From an uncultured Selenomonadales bacterium (GTDB taxonomy: Bacteria; Bacillota; Negativicutes; Selenomonadales; Selenomonadaceae): DNA of 28,513 nucleotides. The stretch covers positions 1 through 28,513 of the forward strand of contig CAMVIO010000001.1 of assembly GCA_947167555.1 (NCBI GenBank), given 5' to 3'. Made by a program: the position numbers and the translations under genes. A model generated the notes under the pieces. That model made no database searches. It was given only the letters and a program-made list of their open reading frames with translations, and was not told where the DNA came from. Shown piece after piece: positions 8,786 through 22,579 of the stretch (position 1 is its first letter; every line of letters starts with the position of its first letter).

Positions 8786-8971
8786 TCACTCGTCAACCTC
8801 TTCGACTGTCACCAGATGCTTTACCTTGAAGACCTGTCCACGAATAGCCTCATTGTCCGGCAGAACAGAGGAAGAATGCATCTTGCCCAGTCCCAAGGAT
8901 TTTACGGTTTTCCTTTGTGTCTCCGGTCGTCCGATTAGGCTGCGGGTAAGGGTAACTTTCAGCTTTGCCAT
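8786..8971 (-). CDS. rpmD: 50S ribosomal protein L30
   Basis: [29 protein letters not shown]. Confidence 0.98.
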   Translation of the reverse strand: MAKLKVTLTRSLIGRPETQRKTVKSLGLGKMHSSSVLPDNEAIRGQVFKVKHLVTVEEVDE

Positions 8972-8984
8972 TGAAATTTCCTCC

Positions 8985-9485
8985 TTAACCCAAAAGTTCC
9001 TTGACAGACTTGCCGCGAAGCTCGGCGACCTCTTCAGCCCGCTTGAGCTGGCTGAGTCCTGTCAGCGTAGCTCGGACCATGTTGTTCGGGTTGGACGATC
9101 CAAGCGATTTCGTCAAAATATCGCGAATACCGGCAAGCTCGAGCACCGCACGCGCGGGGCCGCCGGCGATAACGCCGGTACCTTTGGCAGCCGGCTTCAA
9201 AAGAACACGGCCTGCGCCGAAAATACCGATAACCTCATGGGGAATCGTGTGCTCGCGAAGCGCGACGTCAATCAGATGCTTCTTCGCATCCTCTACGCCC
9301 TTGCGGATCGCTTCGGGAACCTCGCCCGCCTTGCCAAGCCCGACGCCGACCTTGCCTTTTTCATTGCCGACGACGACCAGCGCGCTGAACGAGAACCGGC
9401 GGCCGCCTTTGACGACTTTCGCCACACGATTTATATATACAACTTTCTCCTGGAACTCCGGAGTTTCGTTGTCCATCCTAGCCAT
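8985..9485 (-). CDS. rpsE: 30S ribosomal protein S5
   Basis: [43 protein letters not shown]. Confidence 0.99.
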   Translation of the reverse strand: MARMDNETPEFQEKVVYINRVAKVVKGGRRFSFSALVVVGNEKGKVGVGLGKAGEVPEAIRKGVEDAKKHLIDVALREHTIPHEVIGIFGAGRVLLKPAAKGTGVIAGGPARAVLELAGIRDILTKSLGSSNPNNMVRATLTGLSQLKRAEEVAELRGKSVKELLG

Positions 9486-9506
9486 TCATTTACCTCCTTT
9501 GCAAGA

Positions 9507-9866
9507 TCAGAATTTCAGGCCCGCTTCACGAGCGGCCTCAGCGAGAGCAGCGACACGGCCATGGTAAATATAGCCGCCGCGATCGAATACGACGTTCTCG
9601 ATGCCCTTGCCAAGCGCTTTTTTCGCAATGGCAGCTCCCACCGCTTTCGCCGCTTCGACGTTTCCGCCGTAACCGCTAAAATCCTTGTCCTTGGAGCTTG
9701 CAGCCACCAAGGTAACGCCATGCACATCATCGACAACCTGGGCGTAAATGTTGCTCAAGCTGCGGAACACGTTCAAGCGCGGGCATTCCGGCGTTCCCGA
9801 AATCCGAGTGCGTACGCGGAGATGGCGCTTCTTGCGAAGTTTATTCTTATCTGCCTTATGCAGCAT
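9507..9866 (-). CDS. rplR: 50S ribosomal protein L18
   Basis: [34 protein letters not shown]. Confidence 0.99.
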   Translation of the reverse strand: MLHKADKNKLRKKRHLRVRTRISGTPECPRLNVFRSLSNIYAQVVDDVHGVTLVAASSKDKDFSGYGGNVEAAKAVGAAIAKKALGKGIENVVFDRGGYIYHGRVAALAEAAREAGLKF

Positions 9867-9897
9867 ACGAAATACTCCTTTCTATCATGAATCGTGA

Positions 9898-10449
9898 TTA
9901 CTTCTTGCCTTTCGCACCGGCCTTGCCGACCTTGCGACGGATATGCTCACCCTCATACTTGATGCCTTTGCCTTTGTACGGCTCAGGAGCACGCAGGGAG
10001 CGAATCTTCGCAGCCATCGCGCCAACTTCTTCTTTGCTCGCGCCCGTGACGACAATCTTGTTTGCCGCAGGAGCGTCCAGCGTAATGCCTTTCGGCGGCT
10101 CAACGATAACCGGATGAGAGAAACCCAGCGACAGGTTCAGATTATTGCCCTGTTTTACCGCCCTGTAACCGACGCCGTTGATCTCAAGGTTCTTCGTAAA
10201 CCCGGTCGTGACGCCGATCACCATGTTGTTGATCAGCGTGCGCGTGAGACCGTGCAGCGACTTATGCTTCTTTTCCTCCGAGGGGCGTTCCACTTTGACC
10301 TGCCCGTCTTCCATCGTGACCTTCATGTCCTTGTGGAGCGTGCGGCTCAGTTCGCCCTTCGGGCCTTTGACCGTAACTGTATTATCATCGCCGATCGTCA
10401 CTTTGACAGTCGACGGAATCACAATCGGTGCTCTACCAATTCGAGACAT
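9898..10449 (-). CDS. rplF: 50S ribosomal protein L6
   Basis: [37 protein letters not shown]. Confidence 0.99.
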   Translation of the reverse strand: MSRIGRAPIVIPSTVKVTIGDDNTVTVKGPKGELSRTLHKDMKVTMEDGQVKVERPSEEKKHKSLHGLTRTLINNMVIGVTTGFTKNLEINGVGYRAVKQGNNLNLSLGFSHPVIVEPPKGITLDAPAANKIVVTGASKEEVGAMAAKIRSLRAPEPYKGKGIKYEGEHIRRKVGKAGAKGKK

Positions 10450-10476
10450 CTGTACACCTCCCAGTTCCTTTCTGAT

Positions 10477-10875
10477 TTACCAAACGTATGCGATAACCTC
10501 TCCGCCGAGACCGGCCTTGCGAGCTTCTTTGTCGCTCATGATGCCCTTCGACGTGGAGATGATGGCGATTCCAAGGCCCCCCAGCACCTTCGGGAGCTCC
10601 GCGTGTTTCGCGTACATGCGGAGGCCGGGCTTAGAGATGCGCTTGATGCCGGAGATCACCTTTTCGCGCTTCGGGCCGTACTTCAGCGTCAGCGTCAGAA
10701 CGCCCTGCTTATTGTTTTCGGTAAAGGTGAAATCCTTGATGAAGCCTTCCTCTTTCAAAACGGAAGCAATCGCCTTCTTGATCTTGGAACCGGGAATTTC
10801 CACTTTATCATGTAAAACCGAGTTTGCATTGCGCAAACGCGTAAGCATATCTGCAATAGGATCAGTCATTGTCAT
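10477..10875 (-). CDS. rpsH: 30S ribosomal protein S8
   Basis: [35 protein letters not shown]. Confidence 0.99.
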   Translation of the reverse strand: MTMTDPIADMLTRLRNANSVLHDKVEIPGSKIKKAIASVLKEEGFIKDFTFTENNKQGVLTLTLKYGPKREKVISGIKRISKPGLRMYAKHAELPKVLGGLGIAIISTSKGIMSDKEARKAGLGGEVIAYVW

Positions 10876-10908
10876 AAATCGATATCCTCCTTTCTTTCAA
10901 GCTCATTG

Positions 10909-11094
10909 TTACCAGCTTGCCTTGGTAACGCCCGGAATCGCTCCGGCGTAGCTCTGCTCCCTGAAGCAGATGCGGCACATTTCAAACTTCCGGATATAAC
11001 CGTGCGGACGACCGCAAATCTTGCATCTGTTGTACTTGCGAACCTTGAATTTCGGCTCGCGGCTCCACTTTTCAATCATAGCCTTCTTGGCCAC
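10909..11094 (-). CDS. rpsN: 30S ribosomal protein S14, type Z (61 aa, zinc-binding)
   Basis: RCKICGRP...[20 protein letters not shown] start. Confidence 0.98.
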   Translation of the reverse strand: MAKKAMIEKWSREPKFKVRKYNRCKICGRPHGYIRKFEMCRICFREQSYAGAIPGVTKASW

Positions 11095-11168
11095 AATCCG
11101 TACCTCCTTCGTACCAGTTCTGCAAGCATCCCTCTACGGAACGCCTTCCCAACTTCTTCATGAACGAA

Positions 11169-11708
11169 TTACGCGCTGAACGGCATTCCCATCAGTTTCA
11201 GCAGTTCGCAGGCCTCTTCGTCCGTCTTTGCCGTCGTAACGATGACGACGTTCATTCCGCGAATCTTGTCGATCTTGTCATAGTCGATTTCCGGGAAAAT
11301 CAACTGTTCCTTGAGGCCGACCGAGTAATTGCCGCGTCCGTCAAACGCTTTCGGGCTGACGCCATGAAAATCGCGGACACGGGGAAGCGCAACGTTCATG
11401 AACTTGTCCAGGAACTGGTACATGCGCGTACCGCGGAGCGTAACCTTCGCACCGATAGCCATGCCTTCACGGATCTTCCATGTGGCGATGGACTTCTTCG
11501 CGCGGGTCACGATCGGCTTCTGGCCGGAAATGATGGTCAGATCGCTGACAGCAGCCTCAAGCGCTTTCGGATTGCCGACTGCCTCGCCAACGCCCATGTT
11601 GATGATGACCTTTTCAAGCTTCGGAAGCTGCATGATGTTTTTGTAACCGAACTTCTTCGTCAGCTCGGGAACAATTTCCTTGACATACTTTTCTTTCAGT
11701 CTATCCAC
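11169..11708 (-). CDS. rplE: 50S ribosomal protein L5
   Basis: [49 protein letters not shown] start. Confidence 0.99.
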   Translation of the reverse strand: MDRLKEKYVKEIVPELTKKFGYKNIMQLPKLEKVIINMGVGEAVGNPKALEAAVSDLTIISGQKPIVTRAKKSIATWKIREGMAIGAKVTLRGTRMYQFLDKFMNVALPRVRDFHGVSPKAFDGRGNYSVGLKEQLIFPEIDYDKIDKIRGMNVVIVTTAKTDEEACELLKLMGMPFSA

Positions 11709-11728
11709 TTATTCTCCTCCTTCCTCGA

Positions 11729-12064
11729 TTATTTCGACTCGTCGATCAGCTCGCCGCACTTCTTGCAAGCACGGACATATTTGCCGTTCACGAGCTTCTT
11801 GCCCGTGCGCGTCGGCTTCTTGCAGGCCGGGCAGACCACCATGACCTTCGACGCGTTGAGCGGAGCTTCCTTCGTCAGGATGCCGCCCTGCGGAGCCTTC
11901 TGGCTCGGCTTCGTGTGGCGTTTTACCTTATTGATGCCCTCGACGATGACTTTGCCTTTCTTCGGCTGAGCCTCGATGATCTTTCCCTTCTGGCCTTTAT
12001 CTTTGCCGGACAACACGACTACCGTGTCGCCCTTTTTGACATGCAAATGATTGTTCAGCGACAA
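11729..12064 (-). CDS. rplX: 50S ribosomal protein L24
   Basis: KOW motif [36 protein letters not shown] start. Confidence 0.98.
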   Translation of the reverse strand: MSLNNHLHVKKGDTVVVLSGKDKGQKGKIIEAQPKKGKVIVEGINKVKRHTKPSQKAPQGGILTKEAPLNASKVMVVCPACKKPTRTGKKLVNGKYVRACKKCGELIDESK

Positions 12065-12082
12065 AATAGCACCTCCTCGCTC

Positions 12083-12451
12083 TTAAAGCACTTCCGGCGC
12101 CAACGAAACGATCTTCATGAAATCCTTCTCGCGGAGTTCACGGGCCACCGGACCAAAAATACGCGTACCGCGCGGCGTGTTGTCTTCCTTAATGATGACA
12201 GCCGCGTTCTCATCAAAGCGGATGTACGAGCCATCCGGACGGCGCAGCCCCTTGACGCTGCGAACGACGACAGCCTTGACGACGTCGCCTTTCTTGACCA
12301 TACCGCCGGGCGCAGCCGACTTGACCGCCGCGACGATGACATCGCCGATATTGGCGTACTTACGGTACGAGCCGCCCATAACACGGATGCACATAATCTC
12401 TTTTGCGCCGGTGTTATCTCCGACATTCAGCATGGTTTGCTGCTGAATCAT
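12083..12451 (-). CDS. rplN: 50S ribosomal protein L14
   Basis: [40 protein letters not shown]. Confidence 0.99.
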   Translation of the reverse strand: MIQQQTMLNVGDNTGAKEIMCIRVMGGSYRKYANIGDVIVAAVKSAAPGGMVKKGDVVKAVVVRSVKGLRRPDGSYIRFDENAAVIIKEDNTPRGTRIFGPVARELREKDFMKIVSLAPEVL

Positions 12452-12487
12452 GTTCCTGCCTCCTTCTTGGATACCGCAAAGCGCGGC

Positions 12488-12748
12488 TTACTTCGCGCGC
12501 TCTACGATCTTGACGATTCTCCAATGCTTATCCTTGGAGAGTGGGCGCGTCTCCATGATCTGGACGACGTCGCCGATATGAGCGTCGTTGTTCTCATCGT
12601 GCGCTTTGAACCGCGCCGTTTTCTTGACTGCCTTTTTATAAAGCTTGTGACTTTCGATGTCCTCGACAGCAACGACGACCGTCTTGTCCATCTTGTCGCT
12701 GACAACCTTGCCGACACGCGTCTTCCGAGTATTTCTCTCTTCGCTCAT
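12488..12748 (-). CDS. rpsQ: 30S ribosomal protein S17
   Basis: [33 protein letters not shown]. Confidence 0.99.
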   Translation of the reverse strand: MSEERNTRKTRVGKVVSDKMDKTVVVAVEDIESHKLYKKAVKKTARFKAHDENNDAHIGDVVQIMETRPLSKDKHWRIVKIVERAK

Positions 12749-12784
12749 TAAGAAGCCTCCTTCCTCAAACTGTTCAGTCCAGAA

Positions 12785-12979
12785 TCAAGCCTTGAGCTCC
12801 TGCTCACGCTGAATGGTCTTGATCCTTGCAATCGATTTCTTGACCTCACGAATCCGCATCGGGTTCTCCAACTGACCCGTAGCATGCTGGAAACGAAGAT
12901 TGAACAGTTCCTCTTTCAGGGAAGCAACTTTCTGGTCAAGCTCGCCAACGCTCATATCACGAATCTCTTTAACCTTCAT
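12785..12979 (-). CDS. rpmC: 50S ribosomal protein L29
   Basis: [23 protein letters not shown]. Start placed at ATG 12979, overlapping the rplP end (AATGAAGGTTAA). Confidence 0.97.
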   Translation of the reverse strand: MKVKEIRDMSVGELDQKVASLKEELFNLRFQHATGQLENPMRIREVKKSIARIKTIQREQELKA

Positions 12980-13403
12980 TGACTTCACCGCCCTCTTCCC
13001 CGCGCTTCACGAACTTCGTCTTGATGGGGAGCTTGTGGCCGGCCAAGCGCATGGCTTCCTTCGCCACCTCTTCGGTGATGCCGTCCATCTCGAACATAAT
13101 GCGCCCCGGCTTGACGACGGCTACCCAGTACTCAGGCGAGCCTTTGCCGCTGCCCATGCGCGTCTCAGCCGGCTTCGCCGTAACCGGCTTGTCCGGGAAA
13201 ATCTTGATCCAAACCTTACCGCCGCGCTTGATGTAACGCGTCATCGCAATACGGGCCGCCTCGATCTGGCGGTTCGTGATCCACGCCGGCTCCAGCGCCA
13301 TCAGGCCGAACTGGCCGTGAGCCACTGTGTTGCCGCGATGCGCATTGCCTTTCATGCGGCCGCGGAACTGCTTGCGGTATTTTACTCTCTTCGGCAATAA
13401 CAT
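12969..13403 (-). CDS. rplP: 50S ribosomal protein L16
   Basis: [37 protein letters not shown]. Start trimmed to ATG at 13403. Confidence 0.99.
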   Translation of the reverse strand: MLLPKRVKYRKQFRGRMKGNAHRGNTVAHGQFGLMALEPAWITNRQIEAARIAMTRYIKRGGKVWIKIFPDKPVTAKPAETRMGSGKGSPEYWVAVVKPGRIMFEMDGITEEVAKEAMRLAGHKLPIKTKFVKRGEEGGEVNEG

Positions 13404-13404
13404 T

Positions 13405-14082
13405 TTAAGCCTCGCTCCTTTCAGCCTGAGCGGCCGCCTTGCCGGCCTCTCTCTTCTCTGGAAGGATTTCGCCCTTGAAAATCCAGACCTTGATGCCGAT
13501 ACGGCCGTAAGTCGTAGCGGCTTCCGCCGTCCCGTAATCGATATCAGCGCGAAGCGTATGAAGCGGAATACTTCCTTCGCGATAGGACTCGGTACGCGCA
13601 ATCTCGGCGCCGCCGAGACGACCGCTGACCATGATCTTGACACCCTTCGCGCCGGCGCGCATCGTGCGGCCCACGCAGGACTTCATCGCGCGGCGGAACG
13701 CGATACGGCGCTCCAACTGGCTCGCAACATTCTCCGCAACGAGTTTAGAGGAAAGATCCGGAGACTTGATCTCCGCGATATCGATATCGACGCGCTTCTT
13801 CGTCAGCTTCTTCAGATCGCCCTTGATCTTTTCGATTCCCGAACCGCCGCGGCCGATAACCATGCCCGGCTTCGCCGTGTGAATCGTAAGGCGGAGACGA
13901 TTCTTAAGGCGCTCCGTCTCAACCCGTGCAATGCCCGCGTCCTTCAGGCTCTTCATCAGCTCCGTACGGATGCGGATATCTTCATGCAGATTCTCTGCGT
14001 AATCCTTGCCAGCAAACCACTTGGCGTCCCAGGTCTTGACGATGCCCAGGCGCATGCCATGCGGATTAACCTTCTGACCCAA
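13405..14082 (-). CDS. rpsC: 30S ribosomal protein S3
   Basis: [42 protein letters not shown] start. Confidence 0.99.
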   Translation of the reverse strand: MGQKVNPHGMRLGIVKTWDAKWFAGKDYAENLHEDIRIRTELMKSLKDAGIARVETERLKNRLRLTIHTAKPGMVIGRGGSGIEKIKGDLKKLTKKRVDIDIAEIKSPDLSSKLVAENVASQLERRIAFRRAMKSCVGRTMRAGAKGVKIMVSGRLGGAEIARTESYREGSIPLHTLRADIDYGTAEAATTYGRIGIKVWIFKGEILPEKREAGKAAAQAERSEA

Positions 14083-14099
14083 TACGTTTCCCCTCCTTC

Positions 14100-14432
14100 T
14101 TACCTTTCTGCGACGACGACCGTAACATGCGACGTCCGTTTGAAAATGCTGAACGCCTGTCCGCGGGAACGCGGATGAATGCGTTTCAGTGTCGGCCCCT
14201 GGTCTACATAAGCCGACGAGATGTACAGCTTATCGACATTCATATCGAAATTATTTTCCGCATTTGCGACCGCCGACTTCAGGACTTTTTCTATAACGTC
14301 CGCACCGACCTTCGGCGTGAACTTCAGGATCGCGAACGCATCAGCCACATTCTTGCCGCGGATCAGGTTCATCACGACGCGAACCTTGCGCGGAGCAATG
14401 CGGACATATTTTGCAACTGCTTTAGCTTCCAT
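14100..14432 (-). CDS. rplV: 50S ribosomal protein L22
   Basis: [32 protein letters not shown]. Confidence 0.99.
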   Translation of the reverse strand: MEAKAVAKYVRIAPRKVRVVMNLIRGKNVADAFAILKFTPKVGADVIEKVLKSAVANAENNFDMNVDKLYISSAYVDQGPTLKRIHPRSRGQAFSIFKRTSHVTVVVAER

Positions 14433-14453
14433 GAAGGCTTCTCCTTTCCCGGA

Positions 14454-14735
14454 TTATTTCAGGTCTGTCTTTCTCTCCGAACCGGCATGGCCCTTATAAG
14501 TACGCGTCGGCGCGAATTCGCCGAGCTTATGGCCGACCATGTCTTCCGTGATATAGACAGGAACGTGCTTGCGCCCGTCATGAACGGCGATCGTATGGCT
14601 GACGAATTCCGGAAGAATCGTCGAGCTGCGCGACCAAGTCTTGAGAACTTTCTTCTCATTCGCTTCGTTCAGAGCCGTAACTCTTTTGAACAGGCGCTCT
14701 TCCACAAAAGGCCCCTTCTTAACCGATCTTGACAA
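14454..14735 (-). CDS. rpsS: 30S ribosomal protein S19
   Basis: [33 protein letters not shown] start. Confidence 0.99.
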   Translation of the reverse strand: MSRSVKKGPFVEERLFKRVTALNEANEKKVLKTWSRSSTILPEFVSHTIAVHDGRKHVPVYITEDMVGHKLGEFAPTRTYKGHAGSERKTDLK

Positions 14736-14783
14736 AGTGTATATCCTCCCTTCAAGCCGACGCCCGACTGGCTCGGCTCGGCA

Positions 14784-15608
<825 letters not shown>

Positions 15609-15632
15609 TGATTTTACCTCCTTTGCCGAAAT

Positions 15633-15914
15633 TTACGCCTCAAAGAACTGGATCGTCTCACCGGGCGCAAGCTTCACGATTGCTTTCTTGTAGCTGGGAC
15701 GACGGCCGACGCTGCGACCGACGCGTTTCTTCTTGCCCGTGACGTTCATTGTGTTGACGGAAACGACCTTGACGTTGAAAATCTCGGCAACTGCCTGGGC
15801 AACCTGTATCTTGTTCGCTCTCTTGTCGACCGCGAACACGTACTTGCCTTCCTCCATCATCTCGGTGGATCTCTCCGTGACGAGCGGGCGGAGCAGGATA
15901 TCGCGTGCTTCCAT
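15633..15914 (-). CDS. rplW: 50S ribosomal protein L23
   Basis: PLVTERS, KYVFAVD, VNTMNV, KKAIVKL. Confidence 0.98.
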   Translation of the reverse strand: MEARDILLRPLVTERSTEMMEEGKYVFAVDKRANKIQVAQAVAEIFNVKVVSVNTMNVTGKKKRVGRSVGRRPSYKKAIVKLAPGETIQFFEA

Positions 15915-16537
15915 TATGCGAGCACCTCCTCAATCCGGGCAACGGCATCCTTCGTGACGAACAGCTTGTCATGATTCAGGATATCATAAACATTCAGTCC
16001 CGTCGTATTGATGGCTTTGACGCCCGGAATATTGCGGGAAGAGCGCTCTACATTCTCGGCCTCTTCCGCCGTGATAATCAGTGCCTTGTTGTCGATCTCG
16101 AAGGTCTGAAGAAGCTTCACGACCTGCTTCGTCTTCGGTGCCTCAAAATCGAGGGCGTCCAAAACAAAAAGGCTGTCTTCCTGGACTTTATCCGAAAGCG
16201 CGCACTTGATAGCAAGGCGACGCTGCTTGCGCGGCATGCTGAAAGCATAAGAACGCGGATGCGGTCCAAAGACCGTGCCGCCGCCAACCCAGAGCGGGGA
16301 GCGACGCGAACCGCTGCGTGCGCGGCCGGTGCCTTTCTGCTTCCAAGGCTTGCGCCCGCCGCCGCGGACGAACGCGCGGGTTTTCGTGGCGTGCGTACCG
16401 AGCCGCTGAGACGCGAGCTGCATGACGACGGCCTGATGAAGGAGCCCGCCGTTGACTTCCACGCCGAAAACATTATCATTCAACTCAATATCGCCGACCT
16501 GCTGGCGGTCGATATTGTAAACTGCTACCTTAGGCAT
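15914..16537 (-). CDS. rplD: 50S ribosomal protein L4
   Basis: [33 protein letters not shown]. Confidence 0.99.
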   Translation of the reverse strand: MPKVAVYNIDRQQVGDIELNDNVFGVEVNGGLLHQAVVMQLASQRLGTHATKTRAFVRGGGRKPWKQKGTGRARSGSRRSPLWVGGGTVFGPHPRSYAFSMPRKQRRLAIKCALSDKVQEDSLFVLDALDFEAPKTKQVVKLLQTFEIDNKALIITAEEAENVERSSRNIPGVKAINTTGLNVYDILNHDKLFVTKDAVARIEEVLA

Positions 16538-16563
16538 AACTGAGCATATCCTCCTTCCGATCC

Positions 16564-17205
16564 TTATTTGTTCGGCTTAACCGTTTCTTTTATCATCAGA
16601 AGCCCTTTCTTCGGGCCGGGAACCGCGCCTTTGATCAAAAGCAGATTGCGGTCCGTGTCCACCTTGACCAGCGTAAGGCGCTGCACAGTGACACGCTCGT
16701 TGCCCATGTGTCCGGGGAGCTTCTTACCCTTGAGGACGCGCCCGCCGTGGCCGCTGATCATCGCGCCCGTCGAACCCGGCTCACGATGGGATTTGGAACC
16801 GTGCCCCATCGGGCCGCGCGCGAAGCCGTGACGCTTGACCGTACCGGCAAAGCCCTTGCCCTTGGAAATGCCTGTAACGTCAACGAGCTGACCCGCCTCG
16901 AAGATATCGACGCCGATCTTGTCGCCGACTTTATATTCAGAAGGAGCCGCAAGGCGCATTTCGCGAATGAATTTGACCGGCTCAACCCCAGCCTTGTCAA
17001 AACGGCCCTTCAGTGGTTTCGTAAGATGTTTTTCCTTGATTTCACCGAAGCCGAGCTGAACCGCGTTGTAGCCGTCGCTCTCGGTCGTCTTGTTCTGGAT
17101 CACGACGTTGTTTCCGGATTCGATGACCGTCACCGGAACGACCTGTCCTTCCTCGGTGAAAATCTGCGTCATACCGAGTTTTCTACCTAAAATCGCTTTA
17201 GACAT
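16564..17205 (-). CDS. rplC: 50S ribosomal protein L3
   Basis: [34 protein letters not shown]. Confidence 0.99.
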   Translation of the reverse strand: MSKAILGRKLGMTQIFTEEGQVVPVTVIESGNNVVIQNKTTESDGYNAVQLGFGEIKEKHLTKPLKGRFDKAGVEPVKFIREMRLAAPSEYKVGDKIGVDIFEAGQLVDVTGISKGKGFAGTVKRHGFARGPMGHGSKSHREPGSTGAMISGHGGRVLKGKKLPGHMGNERVTVQRLTLVKVDTDRNLLLIKGAVPGPKKGLLMIKETVKPNK

Positions 17206-17219
17206 TATCCCACCTCCTC

Positions 17220-17531
17220 TTACAGCTTGATCTCGATGTCAACACCGGCCGGCAGATCGAGGTGCGTCAATGCGTCGACGGTTTTCGGGGACGCTTCGAG
17301 AATGTCGATGAGGCGCTTATGGGTGCGCATCTCGAATTGCTCGCGCGAATCCTTGTTGACATGCGGAGAACGAAGAATCGTGTAAATGTTTCGCTCCGTG
17401 GGAAGCGGGATCGGACCGGAAACCATGGCTCCCGTCCGCTTCGCGGTCTCGACGATCTTGACCGCGCTCTGATCCAATGCTTTATGGTCGTAAGCTTTCA
17501 AACGAATCCTGATTTTCTGTTGCTTGGACAA
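17220..17531 (-). CDS. rpsJ: 30S ribosomal protein S10
   Basis: [41 protein letters not shown] start. Confidence 0.99.
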   Translation of the reverse strand: MSKQQKIRIRLKAYDHKALDQSAVKIVETAKRTGAMVSGPIPLPTERNIYTILRSPHVNKDSREQFEMRTHKRLIDILEASPKTVDALTHLDLPAGVDIEIKL

Positions 17532-17544
17532 AACCTTTTCCTCC

Positions 17545-17680
17545 TTAATCGCCCGGATTCCAGACCCGGACAGTTCTCTGCGCCAGTTACCCCGTTAATG
17601 TGCTGACAGATTTGCGCTTTCACTTTGGAAACGCCCATCTGTCAGCACACCAGAGCGGGCAATCTGCCGCATCATCGCGT
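17545..17680 (-). ncRNA. Firmicutes-type S10 (rpsJ) ribosomal-protein leader
   Basis: Minus-strand motifs GATGATGCG..., GAGAACTGTCC and GGGCGA just before SD AAGGAGG match the conserved blocks I recall for Bacillus/Clostridia rpsJ leaders. No covariance-model search was run. Confidence 0.7.
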
Positions 17681-17700
17681 GGTATGCCGAAAGCCTTAGA

Positions 17701-17726
17701 TAAGGGCGGCGCAGGCGCCGCCCTTA
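17701..17726. terminator. Strong GC hairpin after tuf (no clear U-tract; attenuator or processing/stabilising stem)
   Basis: TAAGGGCGGCG-CAGG-CGCCGCCCTTA, perfect 11-bp stem. Confidence 0.5.
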
Positions 17727-17750
17727 CAAAAGCCTTTTATACAGTTGGGA

Positions 17751-18938
17751 TTACGCCTCGATCTCCGTGACGCTGCCCGCGCCGACCGTGCGGCCGCCCT
17801 CGCGGATAGCGAAGCGGAGGCCCTTCTCGATAGCGATCGGGGTGATCAGCTCGACGTCCATCTCGATGTTGTCGCCGGGCATAACCATCTCAGTGCCCTC
17901 AGGGAGCTTGATGACGCCCGTCACGTCCGTCGTGCGGACATAGAACTGCGGGCGATAGTTGGAGAAGAACGGCGTATGGCGGCCGCCCTCTTCCTTCGTC
18001 AGGACGTAAACCTGCGCCTTGAACTTCGTGTGCGGATGAATGGAACCCGGCTTCGCGAGAACCTGGCCGCGCTCGATCTCGGTACGATCGATGCCGCGGA
18101 GCAGCGCGCCGATGTTGTCGCCGGCCACAGCGGAATCCAGGGTCTTGCGGAACATCTCGATGCCCGTGACCGTCGTCTTCTTCGGCTCATCCTGCATACC
18201 AACGATATGGACTTCCTCGCCGAGCTTCAGCTCGCCGCGCTCGACGCGGCCCGTGGCGACCGTGCCGCGGCCCGTAATCGTCATGACATCCTCCACCGGC
18301 ATCAGGAACGGCTTCTCCGTGTCGCGCTGCGGAGTCGGGATGTACTCGTCAACAGCGTCCATCAGCTTCATGATGTTCGCCTGCTGCTCGGCGTCGCCCT
18401 CAAGTGCCTTCAGTGCGGAGCCGGAAACCACTGGGATTTCGTCGCCGGGGAACTCATACTCGGTGAGGAGGTCGCGGACTTCCATCTCAACGAGTTCGAG
18501 AAGCTCAGGATCGTCGACCTGGTCAACCTTGTTCAGGAACACAACGATAGCCGGAACGCCGACCTGGCGGGCGAGCAGGATGTGCTCGCGGGTCTGCGGC
18601 ATCGGGCCGTCAGCGGCGCTGACAACGAGAATCGCGCCGTCCATCTGTGCGGCGCCGGTGATCATGTTCTTGACATAGTCGGCGTGACCCGGGCAGTCAA
18701 CGTGCGCATAGTGGCGCTTCTCGGTCTGGTACTCGACGTGCGCCGTGTTGATCGTGATGCCGCGCTCGCGCTCCTCCGGAGCCTTATCGATCATGTTGTA
18801 ATCCATGAAGTCCGCGCCGCCCTTTTCAGCGAGAACCTTCGTGATAGCAGCCGTCAACGTCGTCTTGCCGTGGTCGACGTGACCGATCGTGCCGATGTTA
18901 ACGTGGGGTTTGCTTCTGTCAAACTTCTGCTTTGCCAT
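17751..18938 (-). CDS. tuf: Elongation factor Tu
   Basis: [29 protein letters not shown]. Confidence 0.99.
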   Translation of the reverse strand: MAKQKFDRSKPHVNIGTIGHVDHGKTTLTAAITKVLAEKGGADFMDYNMIDKAPEERERGITINTAHVEYQTEKRHYAHVDCPGHADYVKNMITGAAQMDGAILVVSAADGPMPQTREHILLARQVGVPAIVVFLNKVDQVDDPELLELVEMEVRDLLTEYEFPGDEIPVVSGSALKALEGDAEQQANIMKLMDAVDEYIPTPQRDTEKPFLMPVEDVMTITGRGTVATGRVERGELKLGEEVHIVGMQDEPKKTTVTGIEMFRKTLDSAVAGDNIGALLRGIDRTEIERGQVLAKPGSIHPHTKFKAQVYVLTKEEGGRHTPFFSNYRPQFYVRTTDVTGVIKLPEGTEMVMPGDNIEMDVELITPIAIEKGLRFAIREGGRTVGAGSVTEIEA

Positions 18939-18955
18939 TTCTTTGATTTCCTCCC

Positions 18956-21034
<2,079 letters not shown>

Positions 21035-21069
21035 TATTTATCTCTCCTTAAAACCATTGGATGTGCCGA

Positions 21070-21558
<489 letters not shown>

Positions 21559-21569
21559 TCAATCTTCAA

Positions 21570-21947
21570 TTATTTCTTTTTGGCACGCTTCGCGCCGTAT
21601 TTCGAACGACCCTGATTGCGATCCTGAACCCCCGCCGTATCCAGCGAGCCGCGAATCACATGATAACGGACGCCCGGAAGATCCTTGACGCGTCCGCCGC
21701 GGATCAAAACGACGCTATGCTCCTGAAGATTGTGGCCAATCCCGGGAATATAGGCGGTAACTTCGATGCTGTTCGTCAAGCGAACACGAGCTACCTTGCG
21801 CAGAGCCGAGTTCGGCTTCTTCGGCGTCGTCGTATAGACGCGCGTGCAAACTCCGCGCTTCTGCGGGCAATTCTTGAGTGCCGGTGCTGTGGATTTCTCC
21901 TGCATGCTCTTTCTGCTTTTGCGGACCAACTGATTAATTGTAGGCAT
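21570..21947 (-). CDS. rpsL: 30S ribosomal protein S12
   Basis: [33 protein letters not shown]. Start trimmed to ATG at 21947. Confidence 0.99.
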   Translation of the reverse strand: MPTINQLVRKSRKSMQEKSTAPALKNCPQKRGVCTRVYTTTPKKPNSALRKVARVRLTNSIEVTAYIPGIGHNLQEHSVVLIRGGRVKDLPGVRYHVIRGSLDTAGVQDRNQGRSKYGAKRAKKK

Positions 21948-21987
21948 ACATGCACCTCCTTCCTTCATATTGAGAATTTAATTTATC

Positions 21988-22012
21988 AAAACCCGAATTG
22001 AATCCGGGTTTT
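21988..22012 (-). terminator. Terminator-like hairpin between the L7Ae gene and rpsL
   Basis: AAAACCCG (21988-21995) pairs with CGGGTTTT (22005-22012); mRNA reads CCCGGAU-UCA-AUUCGGG-UUUUGAU. Confidence 0.45.
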
Positions 22013-22266
22013 TAACGATTTTCCTGCAAAGCCGCCGCCGCCGCAGAGCCGACCTCGATGGAGCAGGCCTTGCCAAGCTCCGTCATCGTCGCGCTCTCGA
22101 CAAGCTCCACACCGCTTTCGATACAGAGTTCCTTGAGTGATCGTATCACACGCTCATCCGCGTCGTTCGCGACGAACACACAAACCGCTTTGCCCTTGCC
22201 CACAGCCTTCGTGACTTGCTTCACGCCTGTAACGTGCGGCATCGCTGCCAATGTTTCCAATGTCAT
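22012..22266 (-). CDS. ybxF: L7Ae/L30e-family RNA-binding protein (YbxF-like)
   Basis: GVKQVTKAV, VFVANDAD, LGKACSIEVGSAAAA; position directly before rpsL. Start trimmed to ATG at 22266 (SD AGGGAG). Confidence 0.92.
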   Translation of the reverse strand: MTLETLAAMPHVTGVKQVTKAVGKGKAVCVFVANDADERVIRSLKELCIESGVELVESATMTELGKACSIEVGSAAAAALQENR

Positions 22267-22324
22267 CTGCGCCACACTCCCTAAGACTAAGCCTACTGCC
22301 CCTGTCTGTGACCAAGCAGTACAT

Positions 22325-22353
22325 ATAATATCACCCGAAAAAATAAATGTCAA
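22325..22353 (-). promoter_or_regulatory. Strong sigma70/A promoter of the L7Ae-str operon
   Basis: TTGACA (22353-22348), 17 bp, TATTAT (22330-22325) with extended TGn; A-rich UP-like sequence upstream. Confidence 0.85.
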
Positions 22354-22522
22354 CCCTTATTTTTACTGGTTTTTCCATGCACACGCGTCCGTGTGTGTCA
22401 TAAATTGGAAAAGTCTTTGCACCACAGACATTTCGGAAAAAACGACAAAAAATTTTTCTAAAAAATATCGCAGAGATAATACCTTTGATTTTCTTCCTTA
22501 TTATATGTGCCATTCCAACGAT

Positions 22523-22579
22523 AAAAAAATTCCCGTTGTCAGGAACAGCTTTTTCTTTCACTATCCCCAGCAACGGGAA
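22523..22579 (-). terminator. Intrinsic terminator after the HAD gene
   Basis: TTCCCGTTG/CAACGGGAA 9-bp stem plus inner GGGGATAG/CTGTTCCT stem, followed by T7 on the minus strand. Confidence 0.8.

Noticed and set aside
14754-14779. Small hairpin between rplB and rpsS
   Set aside because: Short intercistronic stems like this are ordinary in S10 operons; no distinguishing feature.
21570-21947. Streptomycin-resistance alleles in rpsL
   Set aside because: TPKKPNS and GRVKDLPG are wild-type.
22267-22324. Possible K-turn autoregulatory site in the L7Ae leader
   Set aside because: I cannot identify tandem G-A pairs or a C/NC stem layout in the roughly 50-nt leader.
22500-22505. Perfect TATAAT on the minus strand upstream of the str promoter
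   Set aside because: The -35 position is TTTTTT (terminator tail) and there is no TGn extension, so a second promoter is unsupported.
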